Assembly (NCBI GenBank): GCA_964389135.1
Contig: CAYMDA010000019.1
Location: forward strand, 9,103-73,102
Length of the DNA: 64,000 nucleotides
Direction: 5' to 3'
Origin: an uncultured Verrucomicrobiota bacterium
Lineage (GTDB): Bacteria; Verrucomicrobiota; Verrucomicrobiia; Limisphaerales; CAIMTB01
In this document: positions 45,501 through 54,137 of the stretch, piece after piece
Layout: the number at the start of each line of letters is the position of its first letter
Numbering within the stretch: position 1 is the stretch's first letter
Notes under the pieces: model-generated
The model's database searches: none
The model's input: the letters and a program-made list of their open reading frames with translations, nothing else
Told to the model about the DNA's origin: nothing
Made by a program: the position numbers and the translations under genes

Positions 45501-46107
45501 GGGATCGCTGCTTGGCGCGGGCCGATCGCGCGGGATCGTCGCCGCGGCCGACTGGAACGTTCTCGGCGGCTGGTACGAGGCACGCCGGCGCCGGCCGATC
45601 CTCGACGAACTGCGGCAACCCGTGAACGCGGCCGCCGTCGGAGGTGAGTCAAAGCGCGCTTCCGGCCCGGCGGGAGGCCTCGCGGAGGAGCTTCGAAACG
45701 CGCCGGTGAGCGAGCATTCGCGGATTGTCGAGTTCCGCGTCGCGTCGGAGGTCGGCGCCGTGCTCGGCATGGCGCCTGACCAGGTTCCGATGAACGCGGG
45801 GCTTTTCGATCTCGGGATGGATTCCCTGATGTCGGTCGAATTGAGGTCCCGGCTGGAGAAGGTCGCGGGACGCAGTCTGCCGGCAACGCTCACGTTCGAC
45901 CACCCGAGCGCGGGTGCACTGAGCCGGTACCTGCTCGAGGCGATGGGACCCGGCACGCCCGCGGATGCGCCGGGCGAATCGGAGAACGGCTCGGTCACGG
46001 CACCGACACGGAGCCAGCCCGCGCCGGTCGCGCCCGACGACGACCTGTCGGAGGAAGAGATGGAAGACCTGCTGGCGGCGCGGCTGGACGCGCTGTCGCG
46101 ATCATAG
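39550..46107 (+). CDS. Type I PKS module 5: KS-AT-DH-C-MT-KR-ACP
   Basis: AT 'GHSLG', 'GAFH'; DH 'QHKVQGRAVVA'; MT 'LEIGAGTGG', 'ANVLHAT'; KR 'GLGHYAAAN'; ACP 'GMDSL'. Confidence 0.95.
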   Translation: MSELLQRLEKLSPRRLALMVAELQGRLEKAAAISEPIAVIGIGCRLPGGVTGPDSFWRLLIEGRDAIREVPPDRWDIDAYYDPDPDAPGKMATRWGGFIEGLEGFDAAFFGISPREASGMDPQQRHLLEVCWEALEHAGQSPERLSGSSTAVYVGMSTADYHQMLLSRGIEAVDAYLATGSAHSIAAGRVAYCLGLHGPNLAVDTACSSSLVAIHLACQALRNRECNLALAGGVNALLSPATTVTLSKARMMAPDGRCKAFDEAADGFVRAEGCGVVALKRLSDALASGDPILCVIRGSAVNQDGRSSGITAPNGAAQERVIRHALAAAGARPDDVGYVETHGTGTSLGDPIEAHALAAVFRGSREKSGPLVIGSAKTNVGHLESAAGVVGFIKAALCVAHGEIPPQLHFRRLNPHIMLDGARIEVADRLRPWTGAARLAGVSSFGFSGTNAHIILGPAPEREAPVNAVERPQHLLALSARSESALRALVDRYRQDLAAHPGLAAADVCHTAGAGRSHFAFRTTVTGRNVEELLSGLASCQVSEGPGRAEVVFLFPGQGAAYRGMGRELHETQPVFRAALERCAALFEAQGIGGLLRGIIGDGEPNPRHAQAELFAIEHALAELWMSWGVRPAAVAGHSLGEYAAACVAGVLSLEDACALVALRGERMAALTGSGTMSAILADEATVRAAVERLGLGVEIAALNAPRNTVVSGDAGEIVALERDMTDSGFAVRRLDVTGAFHSRLVEPMLEEFERRAAAVTYSAPEIPFFSTVTGAEIGLEEIGTGRYWARQIRHTVRFAPAMSALLQAGQRVFLEVGPGTTLCGLGREVSGGASAVFHASIRRGRGDWTQLLDALAGLYRAGFRIDWEGFDRPYRRRKVALPTYPFEHRTFPLPAPCEVARATGTPSRTSRALGVRLPTAVPTFEVSLGGAEFAYLRQHKVQGRAVVAGSFFLEMALGAASELAGPTDVREVQWHAPLVFASEDAAPTVQLVVPDAARREFRILSRTDSEWRLHVTGRFADATAALESAGAHVSWNDGADLRDAGAEAFFETLAENGIELGPDFRAMRTLALGTDVARLEVETDLREADHVVHPVVLDAVLQGFGALLARDASAAASLLSHVGGLRVTRPLRGRVIVTVRTRRDGGAVVGDARVTDASGEVVMELRDIRVSRSPIAAGRGGMEHLRMAWLPRPRPNKGTGGLPKLPDPAELASPLDEIGARLSVETGFATYPEFSARLDRVCSVHVARALTELGIEFVPGRRISREAWIAAGIVERHARLVPRLFEILAEDGFLRVEGDGWVVQRAPELDAPELSGGPFDAEAVLAQRCGSRLADVLRGVADPLTLLFPAGAVGEADRLYTDSPSARVFNTLATRAVQEALNSAPDRADWRVLEIGAGTGGTTAYVLPAIAGRVREYVFTDVSPAFLSRAQERFGAHSCLRTELLNVEDSPSVEADGVGGDFDVVIAANVLHATADLREAVRHAAARVRPGGWLVLLEGTRPERWVDLTFGLTEGWWRFRDPDLRASGPLVGPDVWERVLRECGFERTLALRVGDSQQVLLVARAPERAADAGAWWIIPDTGGIAHKALAEFRRRGVRCEIRSGPVAADGAEPPFGLLDFRPLDLRGWPEAAGVQEAGRLACESLLEDVRELSRRPETSTRLWMVTRGAVAATDDEPGLSPAQAMTWGLAKSVALEAPGCWGGIIDLDPGDPDAACVGDLVDEVLHPDPDYEVAFRGGRRLVPRLVRDAAPPPGAPVIAASGAYVVTGGLGALGLKVARWLVERGARQLVLAGRTGLPDRNRWAGLDGDGREARRVRAVQEIEAMGAQVRVLTLDLGDASAVTEALGELEREGLRIRGIVHAAAHLASADVLAMSTSELRAMLAPKVAGSLALAEYAAARPLDFVVFFSSTTALLGARGLGHYAAANQFMDVLAEAGRRRGMPLLSVNWGIWDDMSAASDASRAETLRSGLVPIASAEALEAMGSLLGAGRSRGIVAAADWNVLGGWYEARRRRPILDELRQPVNAAAVGGESKRASGPAGGLAEELRNAPVSEHSRIVEFRVASEVGAVLGMAPDQVPMNAGLFDLGMDSLMSVELRSRLEKVAGRSLPATLTFDHPSAGALSRYLLEAMGPGTPADAPGESENGSVTAPTRSQPAPVAPDDDLSEEEMEDLLAARLDALSRS

Positions 46108-46120
46108 AGGCGAAGGGTTC

Positions 46121-49100
46121 ATGGATCCGAAGAGCAACCAGCGGAAAGAGCTTCTCAGAAACGCGCTCGCGCTGATCGACGATCTGCAGGCGAAGGTCGC
46201 GGCCCATGAGGCAGCGGCGGCGGAGCCAGTCGCGATCGTCGGTCTCGGCTGCCGCTACCCCGGGAGCGTGCGGTCCGCGGAGGACTTCTGGAAGCTGCTG
46301 GATTCGGAGCGGTGCGTGGTCTCGCCGGTGCCGGACGAGCGCTGGCGCATGTCCGGGTTCGAGCCGCCGGACGTCGGCGGCAGGACGGTGCACGCGGGCC
46401 TCCTGGACGCGCTCGATCAGTTCGACCCGGCATTCTTCGGGATCTCGGCGCGCGAGGCCGTCACGATGGATCCGCAGCAGCGGCTGATCCTCGAGACGGC
46501 GTGGGAGGCGCTGGAGAACGCCGGATGCGCGCCGGATCGACTGGCCGGTTCGCCAACCGGCGTGTTCATCGGGATCACCACAAGCGATTACGCGGAGGTC
46601 GTGCGGGCGGCCTCCGCGTTCGATGTGTATGCAGCGACCGGCGGCGCCCACAACGCGGCCGCGGGCCGGCTGTCGTACGTGCTCGGACTCGAGGGGCCCT
46701 CGATCTCGATCGACACGGCGTGCTCGTCGTCGCTCGTGGCGCTGCACCTCGCGGTGAACAGCCTGCGCAGCCGCCAGTGCGATCTCGCGCTCGCGGGCGG
46801 GGTCAACGTGACGCTGACACCCGGCAACTTCGTCTGCTTCTCGAACTGGGGAATGATGGCGCCGGACGGCCGGTGCAAGGCATTCGACGCGGCGGCCGAC
46901 GGATTCGTGCGGGCGGAAGGGTGCGGGATCCTCGTGCTCAAGCGTCTCTCGGACGCGCTGAAATCCCGTGACCCGATCCATGCGCTGATCCGCGGCACCG
47001 CCGTGAACCAGGACGGGCGGAGCGGCGGCCTGACCGTGCCGAATGGCCGGGCCCAGGAGGCGGTGGTCCGGCGCGCGCTCGCGAACGCGCGCGTGGAACC
47101 GCGCGCCATCAGCTATCTCGAGGCGCACGGCACAGGAACGTCGCTGGGCGATCCCATCGAGCTGAACGCGCTGGCGTCCGTCTTCCGGGGTCGGCGCGAT
47201 CCGCTCCCGGTCGGATCCGTGAAGACGAACATCGGCCACGCCGAATCCGCCGCGGGCGTGGCGGGGGTCATCAAGACCGTGCTCGCCCTGCGTCACCGCC
47301 GGATCCCCGCCAGCCTGCACTTCGAGCGGCTGAATCCACGCATCGAGCTGGGCGGAACGCCGATCGAAGTCGCCCGGCAGGCGCGGGACTGGGAGCGCGG
47401 GGACACGCCGCGGCTGGCGGGCGTCAGCTCGTTCGGCTTCAGCGGAACCAACGCGCATGTCGTGATCGAGGAGGCCCCGCCGCCGGCGACGTCCCCGGCG
47501 GCATGGCATCGTCCGCGTCACGTCGTTTGCCTTTCCGGCCGCAGTGATGACGCCCTTGAGCAGACAAGAATCCATGTGGCGCACGCGGCGGCCGGGCTCC
47601 CGCCCGCCGAGATCCGACATGCCGCGCACACGCTGAACACGGGACGTCCCGCATGGCAGGCGCGCAGCGCATGGATCGCGGGCGAGGGCGACGACCTGCA
47701 GAACGTGCTGAACAACCCGCCGGTCGCGCGAGGAACCGTGCGCGCGCCGGTGCGCGTCGCATTCCTGTTCCCGGGCCAGGGCGCGCAGTTCCATGGCATG
47801 GGACGCGACCTCTACGAGTCGCACCCGGTGTTCCGGGCGGTCATCAATGAATGCCGCGAGGCGGCCGCGGGCCTGCTCGATCGCGATCTGATGGATGTGC
47901 TGACCGGCACGGACGAGCGGCTCGTCGGTCTCACGCGGTACACGCAGCCCGCGTTGTTCGCCATCGAGATCGCGCTCGCGCGCCTCTGGCAGGACTGGGG
48001 CGTCGAACCCGCATGGGTGCTCGGCCACAGCCTTGGGGAGTACGCGGCGGCGTGCGTCGCGGGGCTCTGGCCGGTTCGCGAGGCGATGGCGCTTGTCGTC
48101 GAGCGCGGCCGGCTGATGGAGGAACACGGGCGCGGCGGCGCCATGCTCGCGCTCGAGGGCACGGCCGACTGGGCGCGCTCGCTGATCCATGCGGATCCGG
48201 CCTTGAGCCTCGCGGCGGAGAACGCACCGGAACGAGTCGTCGTCTCGGGGGACACCGACGCGATCGAGCGCCTCGAGGCCCGGCTTGCCGCGGAGGGCCG
48301 GCGCACGAAGCGCCTCGATGTCTCCGAGGGGTTTCACTCGCGCCGGATGGACGAGGTGAGCCGCCTGCTGAGCGACCGAGCGCGCGCAGTCGCCCGGGGG
48401 AGGCTTGCGAAGGGCTTCGTCTCGACTCTCACCGGGACCGTCGTCACCGAGCGCGAGCTCGCCGACGGCGCGTACTGGGGACGCCAGGCCAGGGAACCGG
48501 TCCTGTTCCGGAAGGCGCTCGCCACGCTCCTCGCCCAGGGCTGCACGGCTTTCGTCGAGGTCGGCCCGGGCTCGGTGCTCACCGGCCTGGCGCGCGAGTG
48601 CGGCGGCGCGGAGGAAGCCTTGTGGCTGCCCGGCATCGGACGGCAGCGCTGCGCGTGGACCGGTCTGCTGCGGAACGCCGCCGAACTCTGGGTCCGTGGA
48701 GTGCCCGTGGACTGGCAGCGCCACGATCAGCCCTACGAGCAGCGGCGCATCGCGCTGCCGGGCTCCGTCTTCGAACGCCAGAGCTACTGGGTGAAACCGG
48801 CGCGGGCGTCCTCCGGGGGACAGGGTGCGCTCCACCCGATGCTCGCGAGCCGGACCGAAATGGCGTCCGCCCCGGGAACCCATGTGTTCGAGGGCGAGAT
48901 CTCGGTCGAATCGCATCCGTTCATCGCGGATCACGTCGTGCAGGGCCGCGTGATCGTGCCGGCGACCGCGTACCTCGAACTGGCCGGGGCTTCCGCGCGC
49001 GCGCTCGGGCTCGAGGCGCCGCTCCTTCACGGCATCGAGTACCGTCAGCCGATGCACCTCGAGGCCGGCGAGGCCCGGGTCGTGCAGGTGGTGCTCGAGG

Positions 49101-51622
49101 GGCTCCCCCACAGCGGAAGCTTCCGCGTGTACAGCCGGCCCAAAGGCGAAGCCGGTGAGTGGACGCTCCATGCCGTGGGCGGCGTGGACGGCCGATCGGC
49201 CGGCGATCCCGACCGGGCGATGGATGCCGCGTCCCTCGGGCGCGCTCAGGCCGACGGACGCGAGCTGTCCGGCGCGCAATTCTACGAGGCCTCCCGGGTC
49301 ATGGGGAACGAGTGGGGCCCGGCCTTTCAGGCGCTCCAGCGCGTGTGGATCCTCGGGAATGAGGCGTGGGCTGACGTCCGCGTGCCCGAGTCGATCCGCG
49401 AGGGTTTCGAGCGTCACGTGCTGCACCCGGCCCTTGCCGATGCGGGCGGTCACGCACTTGCGGCGCTGCTCGCGGCGCAGCCTGGCGCGGGCGCGTTCGT
49501 GGGCGCCGCGATCGATGGCGTCCGCACCTATCGCACACCCGAGCCCGGAGACCTGCTGCGCACGCACGCGCGGCTCCGTGAGACCCGCGGCGACGGCCGC
49601 GAGGTCATCGGCGACGTGGACCTCTTCGACTCCGCGGGCCGCCTGGTCTCGGAACTGCGCGGCGCCCACCTGTGGATCCTCGAGTCGTCGAAGCGCGCTC
49701 CCCGGCAGTGGTACTACGCCGTGAAATGGGAACCGGCCCCGCGGATCGCCGTGATGCCCGGCACGCCGGAGAGATCATGGCTCGTGTTCGCGGATCGCGC
49801 CGGCCTCGGAACGGACGTCGCCCGATCGCTGCGCGCCCGCGGTGCTCGATGCCGCGTGGTGGAACCCGGCGAGGAACTTCAGCTTGGACCCGACCGCGGG
49901 ACATGGCGGATCCGGGTCGATTCCGCGGAGGACTATCGCGCGCTGCTTTCCGAGATGCCGGACGGCGACGTGGGCATCCTCCACGCCTGGGCTTGTGACG
50001 CGCCTTCCGGCGAGGACGTCTCGGACGCCGAGGTGGCGCTGCGCAGCGGGTGCGGATCGATACTGGACCTGCTGCGGGCGCTGAAGGCGGCGCGGCGCTC
50101 CGGCGATACGAGGCTCTGGGTGATCACCCGCGGGGCGCACCGGCTGGCGAGCGAGCCGGTTTCCGTTCTGCAGGCGCCCGTGTGGGGAATCTGCCGGTCG
50201 CTGGCTGCGGAACATGCGGAGATCTGGGGCGGCCTCGTGGATCTCGAGCCCGGAGCCGATCCCGCCGGCGAGGCGGGGCATGTGCTCGACACCATTGTCT
50301 TCGCGGACGGCGAGGACCAGGTGGCGTGGCGCGGCGGTGTGCGTCACGTGGCCCGGATCACCCCGGCCGCGCCCGCGGAGGATGAAGCCTTCGAGCCGGT
50401 GATCCGGCCCGATCGGAGCTACTGGATCACGGGCGGTCTGGGAGGCCTTGGCCTCGCGGCCGCACGCTGGCTTGCTGAGCGCGGGGCCCGGCACCTCGTG
50501 CTGATGGCGCGCACGCCGCTTCGTCGCGATGACGGGGGAACGGGGAACGATCCGCGGGCCGAAGCCGTTGGGAATCTGGCGGCCATGGGATGCCGTGTGG
50601 AGGTGTGCGCGGCTGACGTCGCGAACGAGCCGGAGCTGCGCGCCGCGATGGCGGATCTCGAGTCGCGCGGCATGCCCGAGGTTGCGGGTGTGATCCACGC
50701 CGCCGGAATCATGCGGCACAAGGCGCTCGCGGAGACGACGTGGAGGGATCTTGTGGAGGTTGGCCGCGCGAAGATCGCGGGCGCCCTCGCACTGGATCGC
50801 GTGCTGCGCGGGCGCGACCTGGATTTCGTCGTGCTGTACTCGTCGGCCTCGGCCGTGCTGCCGTCGCCGTTCCTCGGGGCATACGCGGCGGCCAACGCGA
50901 TGCTGGATGCGATCGCGCACCAGTGGTCCGCCCGGGGCCGGCGCACGCTCAGCGTGAACTGGGGAATGTGGGGCGAAGCGGGGATGGCCACCGGATTCGC
51001 GTCCGACGACATCGCGCGGCTCGCGGAGCGCGGGATGGGAGTGATGTCCCTGGCCCAGGGCCTCGACGCCCTCGGAACCCTTCTCGGGTCGCGCGCGGTT
51101 CATGCGGCGGTGCTGCCCGTGGAATGGCGGAAATGGCAGGCGCATGCGCCCGCCTATGCGCGCGCGCCGGTGTTCTCTCGTGTCTGTCGGCCGGCCGATG
51201 CGGTCCCGGTGCGGGTCTCCGCGCGGGACGAAGGGAAGCGCGACCTCAGGGCCGCGCTCAGGGAGGGAGGCGAATGCGCGCGCAGGGCGGTCGCCGCGGT
51301 CATCGCGGAGGTGGTCGGCTTCCCTCCCGAGACGATCGATGCCGAGGCGCCGCTGACCTCGCTCGGGGTGGATTCGCTGATGGCGCTCGAGTTGAAGAAT
51401 CGGTTCGAACGGGAGGCGGCCGTTTCGATTCCGGTGGTGTGGCTGCTCGAGGGGCCGACCCTGCTGAAGGTGGTGGAACGCCTTCAGACGGGCGGTGGCG
51501 AATCGAACGGGTCGGGGGCGGAGGGGCAGTCCGCCGAGGTCGAGTCGGCGGATGGTTCGCTCGATGTGGACCAGCTTTCCGATCGCGAGGTGGACGCCCT
51601 GCTGGCGCGCCTGACGGGCTGA
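46121..51622 (+). CDS. Type I PKS module 6: KS-AT-DH-KR-ACP
   Basis: Start ATG 46121; AT 'GHSLG', 'EGFH'; DH 'DHVVQGRVIVP'; KR 'TGGLGGLG', 'LGAYAAAN'; ACP 'GVDSL'. Confidence 0.95.
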   Translation: MDPKSNQRKELLRNALALIDDLQAKVAAHEAAAAEPVAIVGLGCRYPGSVRSAEDFWKLLDSERCVVSPVPDERWRMSGFEPPDVGGRTVHAGLLDALDQFDPAFFGISAREAVTMDPQQRLILETAWEALENAGCAPDRLAGSPTGVFIGITTSDYAEVVRAASAFDVYAATGGAHNAAAGRLSYVLGLEGPSISIDTACSSSLVALHLAVNSLRSRQCDLALAGGVNVTLTPGNFVCFSNWGMMAPDGRCKAFDAAADGFVRAEGCGILVLKRLSDALKSRDPIHALIRGTAVNQDGRSGGLTVPNGRAQEAVVRRALANARVEPRAISYLEAHGTGTSLGDPIELNALASVFRGRRDPLPVGSVKTNIGHAESAAGVAGVIKTVLALRHRRIPASLHFERLNPRIELGGTPIEVARQARDWERGDTPRLAGVSSFGFSGTNAHVVIEEAPPPATSPAAWHRPRHVVCLSGRSDDALEQTRIHVAHAAAGLPPAEIRHAAHTLNTGRPAWQARSAWIAGEGDDLQNVLNNPPVARGTVRAPVRVAFLFPGQGAQFHGMGRDLYESHPVFRAVINECREAAAGLLDRDLMDVLTGTDERLVGLTRYTQPALFAIEIALARLWQDWGVEPAWVLGHSLGEYAAACVAGLWPVREAMALVVERGRLMEEHGRGGAMLALEGTADWARSLIHADPALSLAAENAPERVVVSGDTDAIERLEARLAAEGRRTKRLDVSEGFHSRRMDEVSRLLSDRARAVARGRLAKGFVSTLTGTVVTERELADGAYWGRQAREPVLFRKALATLLAQGCTAFVEVGPGSVLTGLARECGGAEEALWLPGIGRQRCAWTGLLRNAAELWVRGVPVDWQRHDQPYEQRRIALPGSVFERQSYWVKPARASSGGQGALHPMLASRTEMASAPGTHVFEGEISVESHPFIADHVVQGRVIVPATAYLELAGASARALGLEAPLLHGIEYRQPMHLEAGEARVVQVVLEGLPHSGSFRVYSRPKGEAGEWTLHAVGGVDGRSAGDPDRAMDAASLGRAQADGRELSGAQFYEASRVMGNEWGPAFQALQRVWILGNEAWADVRVPESIREGFERHVLHPALADAGGHALAALLAAQPGAGAFVGAAIDGVRTYRTPEPGDLLRTHARLRETRGDGREVIGDVDLFDSAGRLVSELRGAHLWILESSKRAPRQWYYAVKWEPAPRIAVMPGTPERSWLVFADRAGLGTDVARSLRARGARCRVVEPGEELQLGPDRGTWRIRVDSAEDYRALLSEMPDGDVGILHAWACDAPSGEDVSDAEVALRSGCGSILDLLRALKAARRSGDTRLWVITRGAHRLASEPVSVLQAPVWGICRSLAAEHAEIWGGLVDLEPGADPAGEAGHVLDTIVFADGEDQVAWRGGVRHVARITPAAPAEDEAFEPVIRPDRSYWITGGLGGLGLAAARWLAERGARHLVLMARTPLRRDDGGTGNDPRAEAVGNLAAMGCRVEVCAADVANEPELRAAMADLESRGMPEVAGVIHAAGIMRHKALAETTWRDLVEVGRAKIAGALALDRVLRGRDLDFVVLYSSASAVLPSPFLGAYAAANAMLDAIAHQWSARGRRTLSVNWGMWGEAGMATGFASDDIARLAERGMGVMSLAQGLDALGTLLGSRAVHAAVLPVEWRKWQAHAPAYARAPVFSRVCRPADAVPVRVSARDEGKRDLRAALREGGECARRAVAAVIAEVVGFPPETIDAEAPLTSLGVDSLMALELKNRFEREAAVSIPVVWLLEGPTLLKVVERLQTGGGESNGSGAEGQSAEVESADGSLDVDQLSDREVDALLARLTG

Positions 51623-51643
51623 GCGCGAGGACACGGCGAGGGC

Positions 51644-52582
51644 ATGCAACGCGCGAGTTTCCAGGGGCATTGCGCGTCCGACGTGGAGCGCGAATCCGGC
51701 AGGAGGACGGCGTGCCGCGCGGCGCGGCTGTGGATCCCAGGCGGATGGGCGGCCCTGTTCTGCGCGGCGTGGGTCGCGGTGGAGCACGTGGCGTCGCATG
51801 CCGGGGTGGGATCGCACCAGGTGGTCTGGACGCGGTACCTCGTCCACACGGCCATCCTGTGCGCGCTGGTGCTCCCGCGGGGCGGGGTTCGGAGGCTGGC
51901 GCGAACGTCCCGGCCGGCTCTCCAGCTCGGTTGCGGGCTGATGATGCTGGGCATGCCCCTGGGGCAGATCGCGGCCGTTCGGACGATGCCGCTGCCCTCG
52001 GTGAACGCGTTGTTCTGGCTGGTGCCGATGGTCGTGCTCGCCCTGGAGCGCACGCTGGACTGGCGTCCGTGGATGGCCGCGGTTCTGGGCTGGGCGGGTG
52101 CGGCCGCGGCGGGCGGGTGGCGGGGAACCATCGACGGGCAGGGCGCCCTGGGCGTGCTCGTCATGGGCCTCTGTTTCGCGGGTTACCTCGTGGGAATGCG
52201 GCGGCTCGCGGCGGAGCCGGCCGAACCGAAGCTGTTCTACACCGGGGTCGTGGCGCTGGCGGGGTTCAGCCTCGCGAGCGCGGGGTTCCGGTTCGACGCC
52301 GGCTGGGAGCACTGGCTCGCCATGGCGTGCGTGGGAGCACTCGGACTGGTGGGACTCTACGGGCTGGAGAAGGCCCTCGAGTCGGCGACCGCGGGTGCCG
52401 TTGCCCTGATGCTGTTCATGCAGCCCTTGTTCGGGGCCCTCGTGGAAGTCGGCACGGGTCAGAGGTCACCGGACTGGCCGCTGGTGTCCGCCATCGGATC
52501 GATCCTCGGCGGGGGTGCAGTCCTCGTCCTGTGGACGCGGGCTGGGGGCTCTCCTCTCAAGGCGGAAACGGCCGGGAACTGA
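51644..52582 (+). CDS. EamA/DMT-family membrane transporter (diverged)
   Basis: About 10 hydrophobic segments; 'QVVWTRY', 'AVRTMPL', 'ALESATAGAVALMLFMQPLFG' resemble EamA repeats. Start uncertain. Confidence 0.7.
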   Translation: MQRASFQGHCASDVERESGRRTACRAARLWIPGGWAALFCAAWVAVEHVASHAGVGSHQVVWTRYLVHTAILCALVLPRGGVRRLARTSRPALQLGCGLMMLGMPLGQIAAVRTMPLPSVNALFWLVPMVVLALERTLDWRPWMAAVLGWAGAAAAGGWRGTIDGQGALGVLVMGLCFAGYLVGMRRLAAEPAEPKLFYTGVVALAGFSLASAGFRFDAGWEHWLAMACVGALGLVGLYGLEKALESATAGAVALMLFMQPLFGALVEVGTGQRSPDWPLVSAIGSILGGGAVLVLWTRAGGSPLKAETAGN

Positions 52583-52583
52583 A

Positions 52584-54083
52584 ATGAACGCAACGATCAC
52601 TGCTTCCGACGTCGCGCGCATGAGCGCGTCGGAGAAACGCGAGCTGCTCCGGCGCCTGCTCCGGGAGAGGCGCCAGGCCGCCATCGAGTACCCGCTGTCG
52701 CACAACCAGCGGGCGATGTGGTTCCTGAGTCGTCTCGCGCCGGACGCGCATGCATACAACGTGGTCTTCTCGGCGCGGATCGAACCGGGGGTCGATTCCG
52801 ATCGCCTCCGCCGCGCGCTGGATCGGCTCGTTGCAAGGCACGCCTCCCTGCGCACGACCGTCGTGCTGCGCGACGGCGAACCGTTTCAGCGCGACGGCGA
52901 GACAACGCCGGATTTCGAGGTGCGCGACGCGCGCGGCTGGACGGAGGCCGGGCTGGAGTCCGCCCTTGCCGCGGAGGCGCGCCGGCCGTTCGAGCTGGAG
53001 CGCGACCCGCCGTTCAGGACCCGTCTCTTCGAGCTGCAGGATGGATCGCAGATCCTGCACTGCGTCTTTCATCACATCGCCTTCGACGCGGCCTCGTTTC
53101 CCGTGTTCCTCGGTGACCTCCGGGCCCTCTACGAGGCCGAGGAAACCGGGCGATCCGCCGGGCTCGCGCCCTCGGCCGCGACGTACGGCGAGTTTGTGGA
53201 GGCGCAGCTCCGCGCCATGCAGGGCGCCGAGGGCGAGCGCCTGTGGAACTACTGGCGCGGGCGGCTCCGCGAGCCGCTCCCCGTGCTGGATCTGCCCACC
53301 GACCGGCCGCGTGGAAGCGACGAGTGCTTCGAGGGTGACTCGGTGCCGTTTCGGCTGGAACCGGAACTGACCTCCGGGATCGCGGCCCTCGGCCGAACGG
53401 TCGGGGCAACGCCCTACGTGGTTCTCTGTACGGCGCTGCAATGTCTCCTTCATCGATGGACCGGGGCGACCGACATAATGGTTGGCGCGCCTGTGACCTG
53501 CCGGACCGACGCGCGCTTCAGCGCTGTGATCGGCGACTTCGTCAACCTGGTCGTGCTGCGCGGCGAGGTGCGCGCGGACGCATCCTTCATCGAATGCGTG
53601 CGCCAGGCGCGCGCGCGCGTGCTCGAGGCGCTCGACCATCGTGAATTCCCGTTCCCGCTCCTCGTGCAGAGGCTCCAGGTGCGCCGCATGCCCGGCCGAA
53701 ATCCGCTCGTTGACGTGCTGTTCAACCTGGTCAAGGCGCCCGGGAAGGGACTCGCAGAGTTCTTCGTCGGGTCAGGCGGGGAAGGGGGGCTGCCGTTCGG
53801 AAAATCCGTCCTGCGGCCGCATTCGGTCCGGCAGCAGGAGGGCCAGACGGACCTTGCGGTGATCGCGACGGAGGTGGGCGGCGCGATCACGGGCGATTTC
53901 AAGTTCCGGCGGGATCTGTTCGAACGCGCGACCGTCGAGTGGCTGGTGCGCGCCTACGAGGCCCTGCTCCGGCATGCCGTGGAGAACCCGTCGGAACGAA
54001 TCGGCGCCCTCCGATGGGAGGATCCGCCCGAGGGCGGGCGCCAGGAGGCGTCCGCGGAGGAGCGGGTGGAAGTGGAATTCTGA
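52584..54083 (+). CDS. Free-standing NRPS condensation domain protein with docking motifs at both ends
   Basis: 'YPLSHNQRAMWF', 'RHASLRT', 'HHIAFDA', 'LPTDRPR', 'IGDFVN', 'PFPLLV'; no A or T domain; ATG 52584. Confidence 0.9.
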   Translation: MNATITASDVARMSASEKRELLRRLLRERRQAAIEYPLSHNQRAMWFLSRLAPDAHAYNVVFSARIEPGVDSDRLRRALDRLVARHASLRTTVVLRDGEPFQRDGETTPDFEVRDARGWTEAGLESALAAEARRPFELERDPPFRTRLFELQDGSQILHCVFHHIAFDAASFPVFLGDLRALYEAEETGRSAGLAPSAATYGEFVEAQLRAMQGAEGERLWNYWRGRLREPLPVLDLPTDRPRGSDECFEGDSVPFRLEPELTSGIAALGRTVGATPYVVLCTALQCLLHRWTGATDIMVGAPVTCRTDARFSAVIGDFVNLVVLRGEVRADASFIECVRQARARVLEALDHREFPFPLLVQRLQVRRMPGRNPLVDVLFNLVKAPGKGLAEFFVGSGGEGGLPFGKSVLRPHSVRQQEGQTDLAVIATEVGGAITGDFKFRRDLFERATVEWLVRAYEALLRHAVENPSERIGALRWEDPPEGGRQEASAEERVEVEF

Positions 54084-54137
54084 GAATCGAACGGGCGCGG
54101 GTCGGCGCCCTCGGGGGAATCGCGAAGAACTGCATTC

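Noticed and set aside
54092-54112. Small GGGCGC/GCGCCC hairpin after the free C gene
   Set aside because: 6-bp stem with no U tract; expected by chance at this GC content.
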